Notes under the pieces: model-generated
The model's input: only the letters and a program-made list of their open reading frames with translations
Told to the model about the DNA's origin: nothing
Database searches by the model: none
Shown here: in pieces, positions 1-13,400 of the stretch
Position numbering within the stretch: position 1 is the first letter of the stretch
Layout: every line of letters begins with the position of its first letter
Assembly: GCA_002633005.1 (NCBI GenBank)
Contig: NMRA01001055.1
Coordinates: 1 to 62,584 of the forward strand
Direction of reading: 5' to 3'
DNA: 62,584 nucleotides
Source: Phoronis australis
Lineage: Eukaryota; Animalia; Phoronida
Made by a program: the position numbers and the translations under genes

Positions 1-1017
1 ATCTGAATGGTTGACCCCCCACCTTGCCGCTTGTTGGCTGTACTGTGGTCGGTGGATCCGTGGACTGATACTTAATGATAGTCTTCATACAGATAGCTGG
101 CTTTCTTCCTCAGTATGTACATTAATAGGATGCAGCTTTTGTAAATACACTGTACATCTAAATACTATACTACTGTACCATACAGTATTTTAAATGCATT
201 ATTTGTTTTCACTTTAAAGAATATCTGATTACTGTACTTTGTGTTACGGCAGGGTCAAATGTTCTGGAAAGAAATTTGTTCTACCTGGGGAAAGAATCCC
301 GCAGCCGCACATCTTGCCTACTAAAATCTGGACAGTGACTGTTCTGCTTGAAACTTTGAAAACGGCCTTTTCAAGAAGTATTCCTGTCTCTTGCGACGAA
401 CACTAACGTTTTCTCTTAGGAGTATCTACATGTACTCCCTCTGCGTTTACCACCGTAGCTGCTATCCGTGCGAAATAGTTTGAAGTAATGGTTCGAGACT
501 TTGTGAGGCGGACGATCCGAAAGTTATTTATTCACTGGCATACAAAAGCACACCCAACGTATCGATATCCTAACTACAAAATTGAAAAGATTATCAAAAT
601 GGTACATGTGCTCGATCGTTATCGCTATTTCTGCGTCAAATGTTTACTAATTTTTGATTGGATACACGGCAATCTTTGTAACTACTTTAAAATTGCTTAT
701 TTTTTTCTCAAATATCCTTGCAGGGAAATTAAGTGATTCATACACTTATATACCTACGGCTGACAGAGGGAGACACATGTTAGGCATATGATCGATTCCT
801 ATGATTGTGTTTGCTTTTTGTGGATAGAAAACTTGTTATGTACAATGTAGGTTCGCTAAGGAAATCTAAATATAGATATAGATATCGCCACGAGAAGGTC
901 AGCCCCATGATGAGATTTATGAGATACAGCTTTATATAGCTTTAAGTCAAGGACTGTAAAATAGGCAGTGGGAAGTCCATTTTGTCGGCTGTTGCTTGGA
1001 AACAAAGAAAAAGACCA

Positions 1018-1645
1018 CATGTAGGTTGAAGTATACAATGTATGACATGTAGGTTGATGTATACAATGTATGACATGAAGGTTGATAAATACGATGTACG
1101 TGTAGGTTGATGTATACAATGTATGACGTGTAGGTTTATGTATACAATGTATGACGTGTAAGTTGATGTATACAATGTATGACATGTAGGTTGATGTATA
1201 CAATGTATGACATGTAGGTTGATGTATACAATGTATGACGTGTAGGTTGATGTATACAATGTATGACATGTAGGTTGATGTATACGATGTATGACATGTA
1301 GGTTGATGCATACAATGTATGACATGAAGGTTGATGTATACGATGTATGACATGTAGGTTGATGCATACAATGTATGACATGAAGGTTGATGTATACAAT
1401 GTATGAGGTGTAGGTTGATGTATGCAATGTATGACATGTAGGTTGATGTGTACAATGTATGAGGTGTAGGTTGATGTATACAATGTATGACATGTAGGTT
1501 GATGTATACAATGTATGACGTGTAGTTTGATGTATACAATATATGACGTGTAGGTTGGGGTATACAATGTATGAGGTGTAGGTTGATGTATACAATGTAT
1601 GAGGTGTAGGTTGATGTATACAATGTATGGCGTGTAGGTTGATGT
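1018..1645. repeat. 28-bp minisatellite, about 22 copies, consensus CATGTAGGTTGATGTATACAATGTATGA
   Basis: Periodicity seen directly (units at 1211 and 1239, etc.). Confidence 0.97.
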
Positions 1646-4533
1646 GAAGTAACGTAGAGAGAAGGTCGGCTACTGAGAGTCGGCGGGGTGTGATGTTCTT
1701 AGTCAAAATATTGTACTAGTTTTTGGAACAATTCCCAAATCCTAAGCAGGACAGTTACTTATTTTAAATAACTTTCATAAACCAGACCTACTGTTGGTTT
1801 AGTTACATTGTTAAAAACAGCAAATGCTCAAATATGACAAAAAGTGTCCTAAAACACTAGAGAATAAAACTGCATTTGTATGCACTTTGTTTTTATTCAG
1901 TCACTATACTTAACAAATTTTAAAATTTCATACTGCTGTCAAAGACAGTACAGCAAAATATTAAGTGCAATTGCTTTAAAACAACACGCATAATAAATAT
2001 CAATACAAACCATACACAAATATATGATTCAATTTTACCAAATGTGCAAGTATTAGCATTTAGAGCAACTTTGTACTTTTCCCACATTTGAAATTATCCC
2101 ATAATCAGGTGGTTGCAGCTATTGTAGCTACAGTGAAATTGTGTCTATTTCGGAGAAAAATAATTGTCAAAAATTACTTAAATTGATTTTCAAGGACATT
2201 TAGCATTGTTGTGAAGACTTTCAATTTTTCAAAATATTGTCTGTCAGCAGGTATGGTACGGACTTGCATATGGTTCGGGACTCTTGTGGTACTACACATT
2301 ATTTATGAAAAAAACAAAATTAAATTTCTCTATTGAATCCTTATATTATTGATTTATGCTTCTAGGGTTATTTTTTATTTTAATCATACTAGCCCAGATA
2401 CATGATGAATTGCTAGGACTGTTTTCAAGGAATGTCTCTTGGAATGCATTAGTGTTTAAGGCCCCTAGGGCTGCTGATTGTTTATTTAAATTATGCTAGC
2501 CCAGCTACATGTTTATCTGGTAGGATTGTTATCAAGGAAAGTATGTGGTTGTCAAGATTACATGCCTGGGAAGTGACCAAAAAGGTTTTCTTTTGAACCA
2601 TATTAAAACGGTTTTGGTACAGCCTAGACTCTACATGGATAACTGAAGAACTGTATGGATGTGAGTTTTGATTTTAAAACTGTATTTATGTTGATGTGAT
2701 TGGTAAGTAACATTACTTGGACTTCATTCACGAATCAGTAGTTTTGGTCAACAAAAGGAAGTTGCTTTTCTTAGTGATTCAGCCAAATTGGAGGTTATAA
2801 TGGTTAGGGAAAAGTACAGCACAGATTCCAAATGACTTAAGAGAGTTGAGACCAGTATCATCTAGTTTCCAAAACGTAGTCAAGTTACATGTAGCCAATC
2901 CTTAAAACAATCACTTAAGTGAGACTGTAAAATTCAATTTTGTGTGAATTTTCACATCGCTCTCTTTACTGTTTGAGGAACAACAGATTTTTATTTTGAG
3001 TTAATGCTTGGTAACTATTGGGCACAAATTAAGATTTGAATATTGTATATTTAACTACTGGTAGGTGTTTTAACTGCCATCATTTTCAGTCATACGCCAG
3101 TCCTCAATCTCTTCGTTCAAATTATTGAACACAAGATCAATTGTCTTTGTTCATACATAAGCAGAAGATCAAAACTACGACTTAAGAGCACGTCCACGAA
3201 TGGACCAGGCAAAAAGTGATCAAGGCTATATCACGGATTTACTCGATTGTTTGCATGATGGTAGGGATTGATGCCCAAACCTTCATACCCACATTAATTT
3301 TTTGCGTGGGCCACCTTGTGGTTGCAATGGGAACGTGTTGTTGCCAATTCCAAGCGTTGTTACAGCTACATTTTGACACTTTTTGTGAACTTACCTTGAG
3401 AACAAGAGTGCAAAATGAAACACTTCAATTTTATCGCTGAATTAAGGTGTCTTTCAACTTGCCAGTCAAAGAAAATATTACAGTTTCAGTTACATCTTAG
3501 CTGTTTTTGAAGCCTACAAGTTTAGCTAGTTTGTGGTGATTTCAAATGTTGTAAATTCCCCTACTTCCTGCCTCAATATCTCAATTGACGTCAAATTTAA
3601 AGTAACAAAACCACAACCAGTGTTTAGATTAATTTTAGCTCTACAAATTAAAGCCATAAAAAGTCTGGCAATCACCCTGTTTCATACCGCGTCGGCTCTA
3701 GAAGTACAGATGTAGGCTACCTCACCAAAATTGTAAAATTAGCCAATGCCTGTATAACATAAATGTACGCGAGGATTCAAAATACAGTTTTGAAATCTTA
3801 AAATAGGCGATCGAACATATCAAATGCATATTTGGTAAGGAATCCAGAAAGCTTTAATTTGGTTACTTGACAGAAAAGAATGAGAAGCACAACAAAGCAC
3901 GTTGGTTTCCTTTGACCCAAACGATAATACTGCCGATATGTGCATGAACTCACTTTTTCAAAATGCATTATGGTTGCGTAAAAAATCTATAAAGTAAGCC
4001 TTCAGTTATACATAACTGCGAACTCGAATTCTGAAATTTTAATGTATGAGTCTAATTGAAATTAAGTTTTCTAATTTTCTCGAAGTCGGTTGATCGTGTT
4101 CCGACACATCTCAATTCAACGAATTAAAAAAAACAATAATGTGCGTGTTGGGCCGCAAGGAGACAACTGCATATCTATATGTCACCAAACGTGAAGAAGT
4201 CAAACAGCACAGTAGTTAGTCAGAAAAAAGATATATTGACACTGTATGGGATAAACTCTGTGAAATGAGGCTAGAGAAATTGATGTTATGAAGACAATCG
4301 ACTACCGGTGAAATTGGCGTTGTTTAATAACTTTACGCTTGTCATTCGGGAAAGTCTCCGAACAGTCACGCCCAGACATCCATATGGAAAACAATTCTTT
4401 TTTACCAATAACGCATAGATGTGTTTGCGGAAGGTTCGCAGATATTTTCATCAAAAATCACAGGAAACCGAGTATTTCACACGCAAGATAGCAGAAAATC
4501 AGTTCAGATGTCTTTTTGCTTCTACCACAGTTT

Positions 4534-4837
4534 CAGTATCGGATTTAGAGATGGGCCAAGGGGGCCATGCCCCCCCCCCCTAAAATTCCACCCAGGACCA
4601 TTTGACAGTTCGAGGTGCAAATTGCTGACCAGCATATGAGCGTACCCAAGGGGGCTCGGGGGGTGAATCCACAATGCACGGGTCTTGATCAAACCCTGTT
4701 TACCATTTTTGGTTATAAATTTCGCGAACCCAAATATTCGAGACCCCTGCATCACTACATTTTAGGGTGGGCGCGCATGTGGCTAAATTCTGGTTATTCC
4801 TGTGCCCTGCAACCCCTGAAAACCCTGGATCCACCCG
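4534..4837. mobile_element. Non-autonomous TIR element (CA...GGAT-type termini), 5-bp TSD AGTTT
   Basis: agttt|cagtatcggatttag ... ctggatccacccg|agttt; body aligns with 17658-17936. Confidence 0.8.
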
Positions 4838-7800
4838 AGTTTAGTATGTAATAATGCTCACTGTTGGGTTTGCAATGGTGTTTGGTGCTTACCATCAGTC
4901 AGACTCCAAAAATTCAGAAGTCTCGAGACTAATACATAAAGTGTCAGCTACTTCATCGAAAAACCATAAGACAATGCATGTGCAGCAAAACAAAAATGAA
5001 ATACACAAACATTCAGACTTCATATAGGTGAACTTGGATAATCCTGCATAAAGATTTTGGAACAAAAGTTGGGCAATATTTAAAAACTGTCCTGATTGTA
5101 ATTATTGTTTACTATGTTAGACATAGAGAACCAGCAGAGCAGGTTATGCTGTACTTATGTAGCAAGACGATAATAAGATAGCCAAACATTATATATATAA
5201 ACCAAAGTAGTTAGTGAATAGTAATACTATATCGACACAGGAAAATTGTACGCCATAACTCAAGCAAATAGAAAAGAACAATTGTGGTCACACTTACAAA
5301 ATGCGAGCAAATTAGGTGTACAATGAGACATCATTGGTCAGCACAGATGATACGTCTAGAAATGGAAATAGCATTTTGTCTGACTACTTTTGACATATTG
5401 TATTTCCAATGAGTTTTGTATACATGAAATGTGCAACGGCGGCAATTCCATCGACTCAACAATCTTTTGTCGCAGTTCAATTTGACGGTCTTCCTTAGCG
5501 ATACTTTTTATTCCAAAGGCATCAAAGTGTGTGAGTTTCCCGGAACGATTGAGTGCTGCTAAACGGGAAAAAATTTGATCTGCTGAGGTGAGAGGCATTC
5601 TTCAGATCATCACTATGACCAGGAGCAATACATTCATGGGTTACAGATAATGCTTTGCTGACTTTTCGTTTGTGATTATGCTAGGAACTTTCGCCAAATT
5701 CATCGGTGTGAGTTAGAAGCTGGGATCTAACAGAGTTGACTCTTGCATGCAGCACTGAGAAACTGATTCAACTGATGTATCTTTGGCATGGGCAGCCAGA
5801 ATGGTGGTTGGTCCCCCTCGTCTCCACTTGAAAATTGTGTCTGTAAATATTACAATTATATGCAGCTTAATCCGTAAACACAAGAATTATATTTTCCATA
5901 AACAGCCTTTCCCCAAAGAATTATTTTTACCATTCAAAATAGCTTGGTACTATGGCCACTCACATATGATGCAGCCCTTTCTGTGTGCAAGCAGCAATCA
6001 AAACAAAAGGTGTCGTCAATTAATCAAAATGTAAGTTAACTACTAAAACCTGGAAAACCATCAATTTCATAATAAAGCATTGCCAGGGCTTCGAAATGCC
6101 ATAAAGTTAAGACAAGATCCAACCTTTCATGCCAAAATGTTGATTGAGAAAAATTTATGTTTTGCATGATTTTCAGGTTTAAAAGAATACAATGCATTTT
6201 CAATGTTTTAGCCAAACGCACCTTTCAAAGTTTGCCTCAGTGGCCACTAACGCAACCCGGAGCAATTATAAAAATCCTGTTATGACCTACATGTACTTGG
6301 AGTACCTAAGCTTTCATCACAAGCAGTCTTCCCTCTCAGAGGAATTTTCAACTGTTGACAGGTGTGGTGAAATAACTGGCACAGAACTAAACAGACTGCG
6401 CACTTACAAACATAGTTCCTCACCATAAACATAGTCCAAGGTCTTTTAACGCTATCAATTGACTCACAAGCTCTGGCCCTAACTCACAAAACATAACATA
6501 TGCACCCAAAAATCACAGTTTGTGGAGCCAAATCCACTTTGACTGAGAGACACGGTTGACAGACAGTAAATGCAGCATACATACACATTGTTTTGTCTGC
6601 AAGTACAAGGACAGTGTTACAGTCCATCAGTAATGTTTCCTAGCTGATGAATTTGTGAGCCAGTCACCAGTTTTTGAGTCAATTTTCAGTTTACATCCCA
6701 CCAGCACTGTTTCTATTTGAGGCAATGTTCGAAACTTACAGTTAGCTACTCCTGTAACTACGAACCACTTGTGCAGTAAAACTTCCGAGACGCAAAATCC
6801 GCAGAATGAACGATGTTGTTATTTGTCTACGAATTTAATAAGCAAACACAATACAATTAAAATAAAAACCTACTACAACTACGGTTATGATATGATTAAA
6901 TATTGATGCACTTAATCCGGGAACAAAGAATCTCAGAAAAAAGTTTCGTGCAGCAACACTCCAATTCATTAGCCTAACTAACTATTTACTAGTATTTTTC
7001 CTGTAGTAAACTCAACAACAGTGGCAAACTTCTTTGGTAAAAGCTTAATATTTCCGCATAGACCTGCAATAGAATTTTATGGAAAGTAGGCATAACAGAG
7101 CTCCCTACAGAATGCTGTATTTTGAATCCTCAAATGTTTTCCCCAGTCTTATTCTTGAGGTTGAATGCTTCAGGTATTAGGGACCCTAACGGTGTTATTA
7201 ATTTAGGCATGTTAAATTAGGCCCCACTGTAATGGGGTTCCACTGCATATGTTGAAATTCATGTATCGCTGGTTATACAGATAGAGCAATGTGGCCAATC
7301 AGAAGTGACAACAGGTCACTTAGATGAGAACTTGGTGTCAGCTAGTAGACATAGGCTCGATTAAATCTTTTGATAATGGAAACAAATTTCCACTACTTAC
7401 TCGTGCATATTCATAAAATGGAATGTATTTCGACACACCCTAACTGATGAGATAAGGAGTATAGTTTACTAATACTGGAAGACGTTACTAAAATTACTAT
7501 AGTACTCGAGTGTCGCTTTACTTCATGTAGGGTTGTGCCCTTCCTGGCGATAGTCAGAATCTTGAGAAAGAAAATATAATAAATTCATTATCAAGAGGTA
7601 TAGACCTGCACTTGCATAAAAACTTATCTGACACAACTGGAATCGATACATTCTGTTCTTCCAGAAATTCTTTGTTGACTGCATTTCTACTTGGGCTTTG
7701 AGCTTGTCTGATGTTGAAGGTGGGCACATATTTCTCTGATTCCAAGCTGAGATCGATGATTTCCACAAACTGGGAGGCCGGGGGGGAGGGAGAAAACTGT

Positions 7801-10329
7801 TGTAAACAAGGCCACTCTGACTCTGTCAAGAATCAGGTGCCACTTTCAGCACTGCCAGTGTCACTTAACGGGACTGGGCTGGCGGTGACTTTAACATATT
7901 TCAAATGCCAATGGCTTGTTATGGACTTGCTGCAACCAGTTAGTGCTTCAATTGCTTGCTGCATGGTTTCGATATTCCTTTGAAGCTCCATAAACCAGAT
8001 TTGAAGGATATTATGATGCCAGCAAATACACTATATAAAATACTTAATCCAACTCAGCACCCATTATTTTCAGTGATATCAGAGACGCCTGAAGGGCTTT
8101 TCATCAAAATGTTACTTCACAGTAAAAAAAACAAAACAAAAATAACAGTTTTATTGAATTTTATTTACTAAGAAATAAACCCAATAATTTAAAAACCATT
8201 TGAACACTTTTAGATCTCAAAAGTCAACATTTTCGATGACTAGTAGCTGTTGTCACAAGTGCTCACTTCGTCTGAGGTGGCTGCGAATAATTGCTCATTA
8301 CTATATACAGACAAGTGTTTGCCTGTGGTTTTGATGCCAAATATCTATTCTACTAAGATTGATAAAAATGGCTTCAGCTGAGATTGAGTCATTCAAAACT
8401 GATCAAGTTATCCAGGTGTTCTGCTCGTATGACCCATGACCCTTCAAACCCAAATGTGGATGTTAAGGTGCAACTTGACATTTTTATTTTTCATTTTTAC
8501 GAAGACAGTGGGTGACTTTATACAAAACAGCAGCTAATTCATTTTCTAGTAGCTTCTGTAATTACTTTCAATGTCATAAAAACTGTGATTATTGGGGTAA
8601 GTTTTGATAGTGTTTTTCAGTGAAAACTGAAGTACCCAACTTCTAACCTACCTAACACGATAGAATTTGTTTAATGTGCATTTTAGTAATTACCATAAGA
8701 AAGTAAACAAAAATGCAGAATATGATCCAAATCCGTCACATAGGGCTTATCACCCCTGTATGGATTTTTGCCTGGTCTGAAGTGTACTGCACTGTTTAAA
8801 CGTAATTGAGATTCTAATAGTGCTATCACAAATGCCTTTTCGTGCAAAGTGAAATAGCATTCATATTATAGGTTTATGAATATTGAGTGACATAATGTAC
8901 TTGATGAAACCCAGACAAACTGCAGAGGTTATGAGGTAACAAGTTTGAGTTGAAAACACCGGAACAAATGACACAGCATCTAAAGGTTGGTTTGAACAAA
9001 CATGGAAGAAAACAGGAACGATCATCCCATATGATCCCTATGGAACACCACTGATTGCTGTAATGCAGATTAGTCTGGAGTAGAATGTGTTTAGAACGTC
9101 CACTAGTATGGTTATAAATGGATAACATCTGTAGTTGTTTTTTCCATAACCATGGTAATATTGTGGAATGGAAAGGTATAATCTATGTTTGATGCCTTGG
9201 ATAAATGAATAATGTTACTGTATGATATCGCTGCGGTCGAAATATTGCAAATTGCATAGGCCCACAAGTTCAATGATAGCGCATTCAGTAGACTGATGTA
9301 TCATGAAACCATGTCGGGAAGCAAAAACAGTAATCGATGAAGTATTCGTCAGTGTTCAAGTATTTTAGATGAACATGGGAAAAATAAAATGTTTTTAATT
9401 GTTTAAGAGAGATTTTTTCCAGTGCACAAGTAATGAGGTAATTTAAAATAAAATGCTTAAATATACTCAACATGGTGTTCTAAGTATACCCTACCACGGG
9501 GGGAGTCAGATTTCACGGTTTTCTCTATTGGCATTCGACATATCTTGCGCCATTTTCAATGCTAATAAACACCCCGTTGGACGCATTTCAACGCTCTGTG
9601 TTCCTGTTGTTATTTTAGTCAGGTAAATACTATCATTGCTGCAATTGTCATAGATTTTGTCGTGCGTTAAGAATAAATCAACTTGGTATATCGTAATTAA
9701 GGCTTGCATACATTCAAGTTGTTCTCTCTAGGCACAATTTTGATTGTAATACAAGCATTATTACTAATTGCCACTGTAGACACATTTTATATATTTCTCT
9801 TATTCATTGTCATGTGATTTTGGTTTCATTTCTAGTCATTATAAATCAGATTGAGAATTATCATGTTAAATCCAGTGTGCATCTGATTCCGTATTTTCTT
9901 GTTATAACAAGCGGCATGCAATGAAAATCATGTATTTGTCAAGGACATTTCTAAATTAAATTATTCGTGCCACAATTCCAGTATGCTGTAGTCTTTCAGC
10001 AATATTTTTCCGGTGGTTCGCAGAAACTTTTATATAACCCAATGGAGATGCTTACGAAAAACTTGAGGCAATGTGTGCGGCTGACTTGCAGGAACTTTTC
10101 CATATAAGGACATACATGTAGGGATGTGTGCAGCAAGCTTGCAGCCGTGTCTAAACTTGTCACCGTTGAGGAACAATATGTACATGTATAAGCTAATGCA
10201 ATAATTGCGGGGAAGTTCCAAAAGTGTTTAAAAGGCACTGGCAAGTGTGAAACAATGGGACGACTCCCTAATTATAGTTCATGTAAACTGTGTGACATGT
10301 AATCCATATTAATTTGCTACTATTTTCAG

Positions 10330-10419
10330 GTTCTAAAATACGTTGAAGATGGTGATATTAAAGCTATCGAGAATGTTATTGACCAAGGACTCCACCTTGA
10401 CCAACAACTTGACAATTGT
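10330..10419 (+). CDS. Exon: N-terminal ankyrin cap-like segment VLKYVEDGDIKAIENVIDQGLHLDQQLDNC
   Basis: ttttcag acceptor, gtaagt donor, 90 nt, phase 0/0. Resembles a first ankyrin repeat (xxGDxxxVxxLIxxGxxxN) and joins in frame to GTTMLH of the next exon. Confidence 0.65.
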
Positions 10420-13400
10420 GTAAGTAGTACATCGGTTAATATTCCCTGTATCTCAAGTGAACTGGAAAATAATGCTTCTTTGCGACCGATGCCTTAAAAA
10501 TTAAATTAATTCATGTTGAATATTTAAGTATCGGCCATCTTAATTGTGAACCATGTCATTGCCATTACAAATAAGATTAGTGGTTTTCGTCCTAGTTACA
10601 ATCAAACACTTTCAAATTCAATCATTTGTTATTGCCTTTAACGTAATAGGTCTCCGATCACTTTGTGGAATTTGCACTTTCACAGAAAGGAAGTCTCAAA
10701 TGTTTCTCTCGGGCACCATCAATTAGGGAAAGAAGTTATGATTCTTTTAAAGCATTATTATGAATTCTATACCGAGCAAAACAGGACTATTTTCTATCAC
10801 TGAGTTTGAATGCCTTCCATAGATACTCGGTTCAGTCACAATCTAAAGCTCCTACAAATACACATGTTATGTGGGTTATATACTTCTGGACTGGTGTTTA
10901 CCTTCAGAACAACCAGATGCTTATTAGAATTGTTATAGTCAGTTTAATCCTTGCACAGACCTCAATCTATGAAGAGCTCGCAAAATTCCCGCTAAATCTT
11001 TTCTGCAGTGTAGGTCAAAGAAACAAAAAATTTGTCAGCAGTCCTGTCTAAGCACAGCCTACTCTAAAAGTACTTGCATGTTCGAACTCAGATGGCGTTG
11101 CTGACCCAAGGTTTCCTTTTACCATTGAGTATATTGGTTGTGTACAGGACATGTTGTCGCAGGATTTCGGAAATTGTACTAGCAACTGATAAGACAGTTG
11201 TGTTATTGACTTCTTCGTCAATACTTGTTTACAGCTTTGTAGCATTCAACAGCTGGAAGTTTTTATATCCAAGTTCTTTTACATACAACTGGTTTCAATC
11301 CCTGTGCGACAGAAACTAAGAGAATGTTCTTGCCAAAGTCACCTAAAGGTGGCGGAATCGGCATCAACAATTTCAGCCACTGATCCCACTTTGCGGTCAT
11401 AATTATCACTTTGGTTAACCATAGAACCCAAAGATGTCTTCAAACCGTTTTGTAACCATAATAATATATTATACGAGGAAGAGATAACCAGGAAGGGACA
11501 ACTGTTTTAGCGCATTTTAACGTGTTTTCAAAAGGGATTTCAAAAGTAAATGTTAAAGTCGTCTGACATCCAAGCATTGTGTTTGAAATCTTAGCTCCTT
11601 AGCTATAAAATGACACCACTTTGGTCCCCAAAGACTGCATATTAATTGCACTGGGATGCTTTGAACATGACTTCTTTACCCTTCCAAAAGATGCCTCTTC
11701 CCTGGCATGTACTCGGGCATGATCCTCTTTTTGGAACCAACAGATGTCACTAATATATGCAAATGAGGTTTGCATCTCCTACGTCATATGACGTCATACG
11801 ACGCGAACTTCCACTTTAAACACTCAGGTGCCTATAGTGAATGATTTGAAACGCAGTTCTACCTGATTGTTCAGATCTATGAAAATTAAGAACTCACACA
11901 AATCAACGTTCAAAGAACATTGAATGGTTTCACATAAAAATACATTTAATTGTATTTGGATACGCTTGCATGTGTGTAAGCGTGGAGTTTGTCATTCTGC
12001 TTAGAAACAGATTTAGAAGCAGGTGTAAGTCAAGAAATTAGCTGCTCCTGCCACGGTGGCCGGTGTCGTGGCGTCCGAGTCGCCGGGAAGTCTGATCCAT
12101 GCATGCGTAATTCGACGAACTAATGCTAGTCGCTGGTCAGCTCCGCTATGATTCATGCGCAATTCGACAAACTAATGCTAGTTGCTGGTCAGCTACGCTA
12201 TGATTCATTTGAGACGTGCGGCTTAACTCGAACCTATACCCGTGTCACTGGTTCCAAGGTGGTTTTCTTTGACTCAGTTTCGCGAATAGTTCCTTTTAAT
12301 ACGGCCATTTCCTGAAGATTTTTTGAAAGATAAGATCCCGAAATATAGAGCTGTATCAAAATTCATTGTTTAAACACAGCCACTGGTCCAGTTTCTGCCG
12401 CCGGGCGGCTGGGGAAAATGCTATGGAACGCGTGTCCCAAAAATGCACACACTTCAACTCCTGCAGTTCAAGTTCTTTTCCCGTCAATCACTGTGCGCGG
12501 ACTCTACGCGGGTAGCGTACTGCATGAATACACCTGATTTTTGACGTGGGTGCGTCACTGTGTTACAACGTGCCCAGTCTTTGCAGTATGCACGGGAATG
12601 TCAAGCAAACAATTCGGTTTAGAAGAACCTAAATTCTTTGCACAATACTACTGGGAACTGTGACAAGCATCAAGGAAATGCAAATACAATCTTTCCAAAT
12701 TGATGAACAATGACTTGAACTACTTTTTCGATCCGATCTACGGTTTGTAAATGTTTGAATTTCTTTAGTCTAGTTTTTAATTCAATAGATTCATGAATAT
12801 CACTGTTATCGTTTAGTGTCCTTCTTTGCGACATGGTGGTGTGATGATGGATCGAATTTTTGCAAGTCCGTCATTCAGCCTTCAACTATGTTCAGTTACG
12901 TATCGCAATTTCTTACAAGACAGCATCGATCTGTGCTGTGCACGAATGTTTTGTGTTTTTGATGAATTTGGAATCTCAACTTCCCCTCGTGAGTAGTTGG
13001 CAGTTTCATGTCGGAGGTGTATAAAGGGCGCAGCACTGAAAAAAGTGGGGGCTAAAGCCCCCTCAGCCCCCCCTGTAGTGCACCGCCTATGGACCACTGA
13101 AAAACTTGGACTGAATTAAAGGACAATGCATCCCGATTTAATTAGTCTTTTTTTGGCTTATTAATCGGTCTATATCCACATCGCCTCGCGCACGGTCGAC
13201 CTTACATTGCCAAGAGGTGTCGCGTTAACCTGTGAGGAAGGTGAGAAACGACGCTAGCGACGTCAATGGTTCATCTGCAGAGTGAATGCCGCTATGTTGC
13301 GGTGCATCCTTCCCGCTTGTGCGAGCTATGCACCTTCGAGGAAAGCAGGTATATCGTTTTTTCGACTTCCTCGAGAGTCCGAAATGTTTAGGAAGTGGAT

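Noticed and set aside
856-1706. ORFs of 255, 254 and 143 aa on the - strand; CRISPR-like periodicity
   Set aside because: Products of a 28-bp tandem repeat; no spacers and no cas genes.
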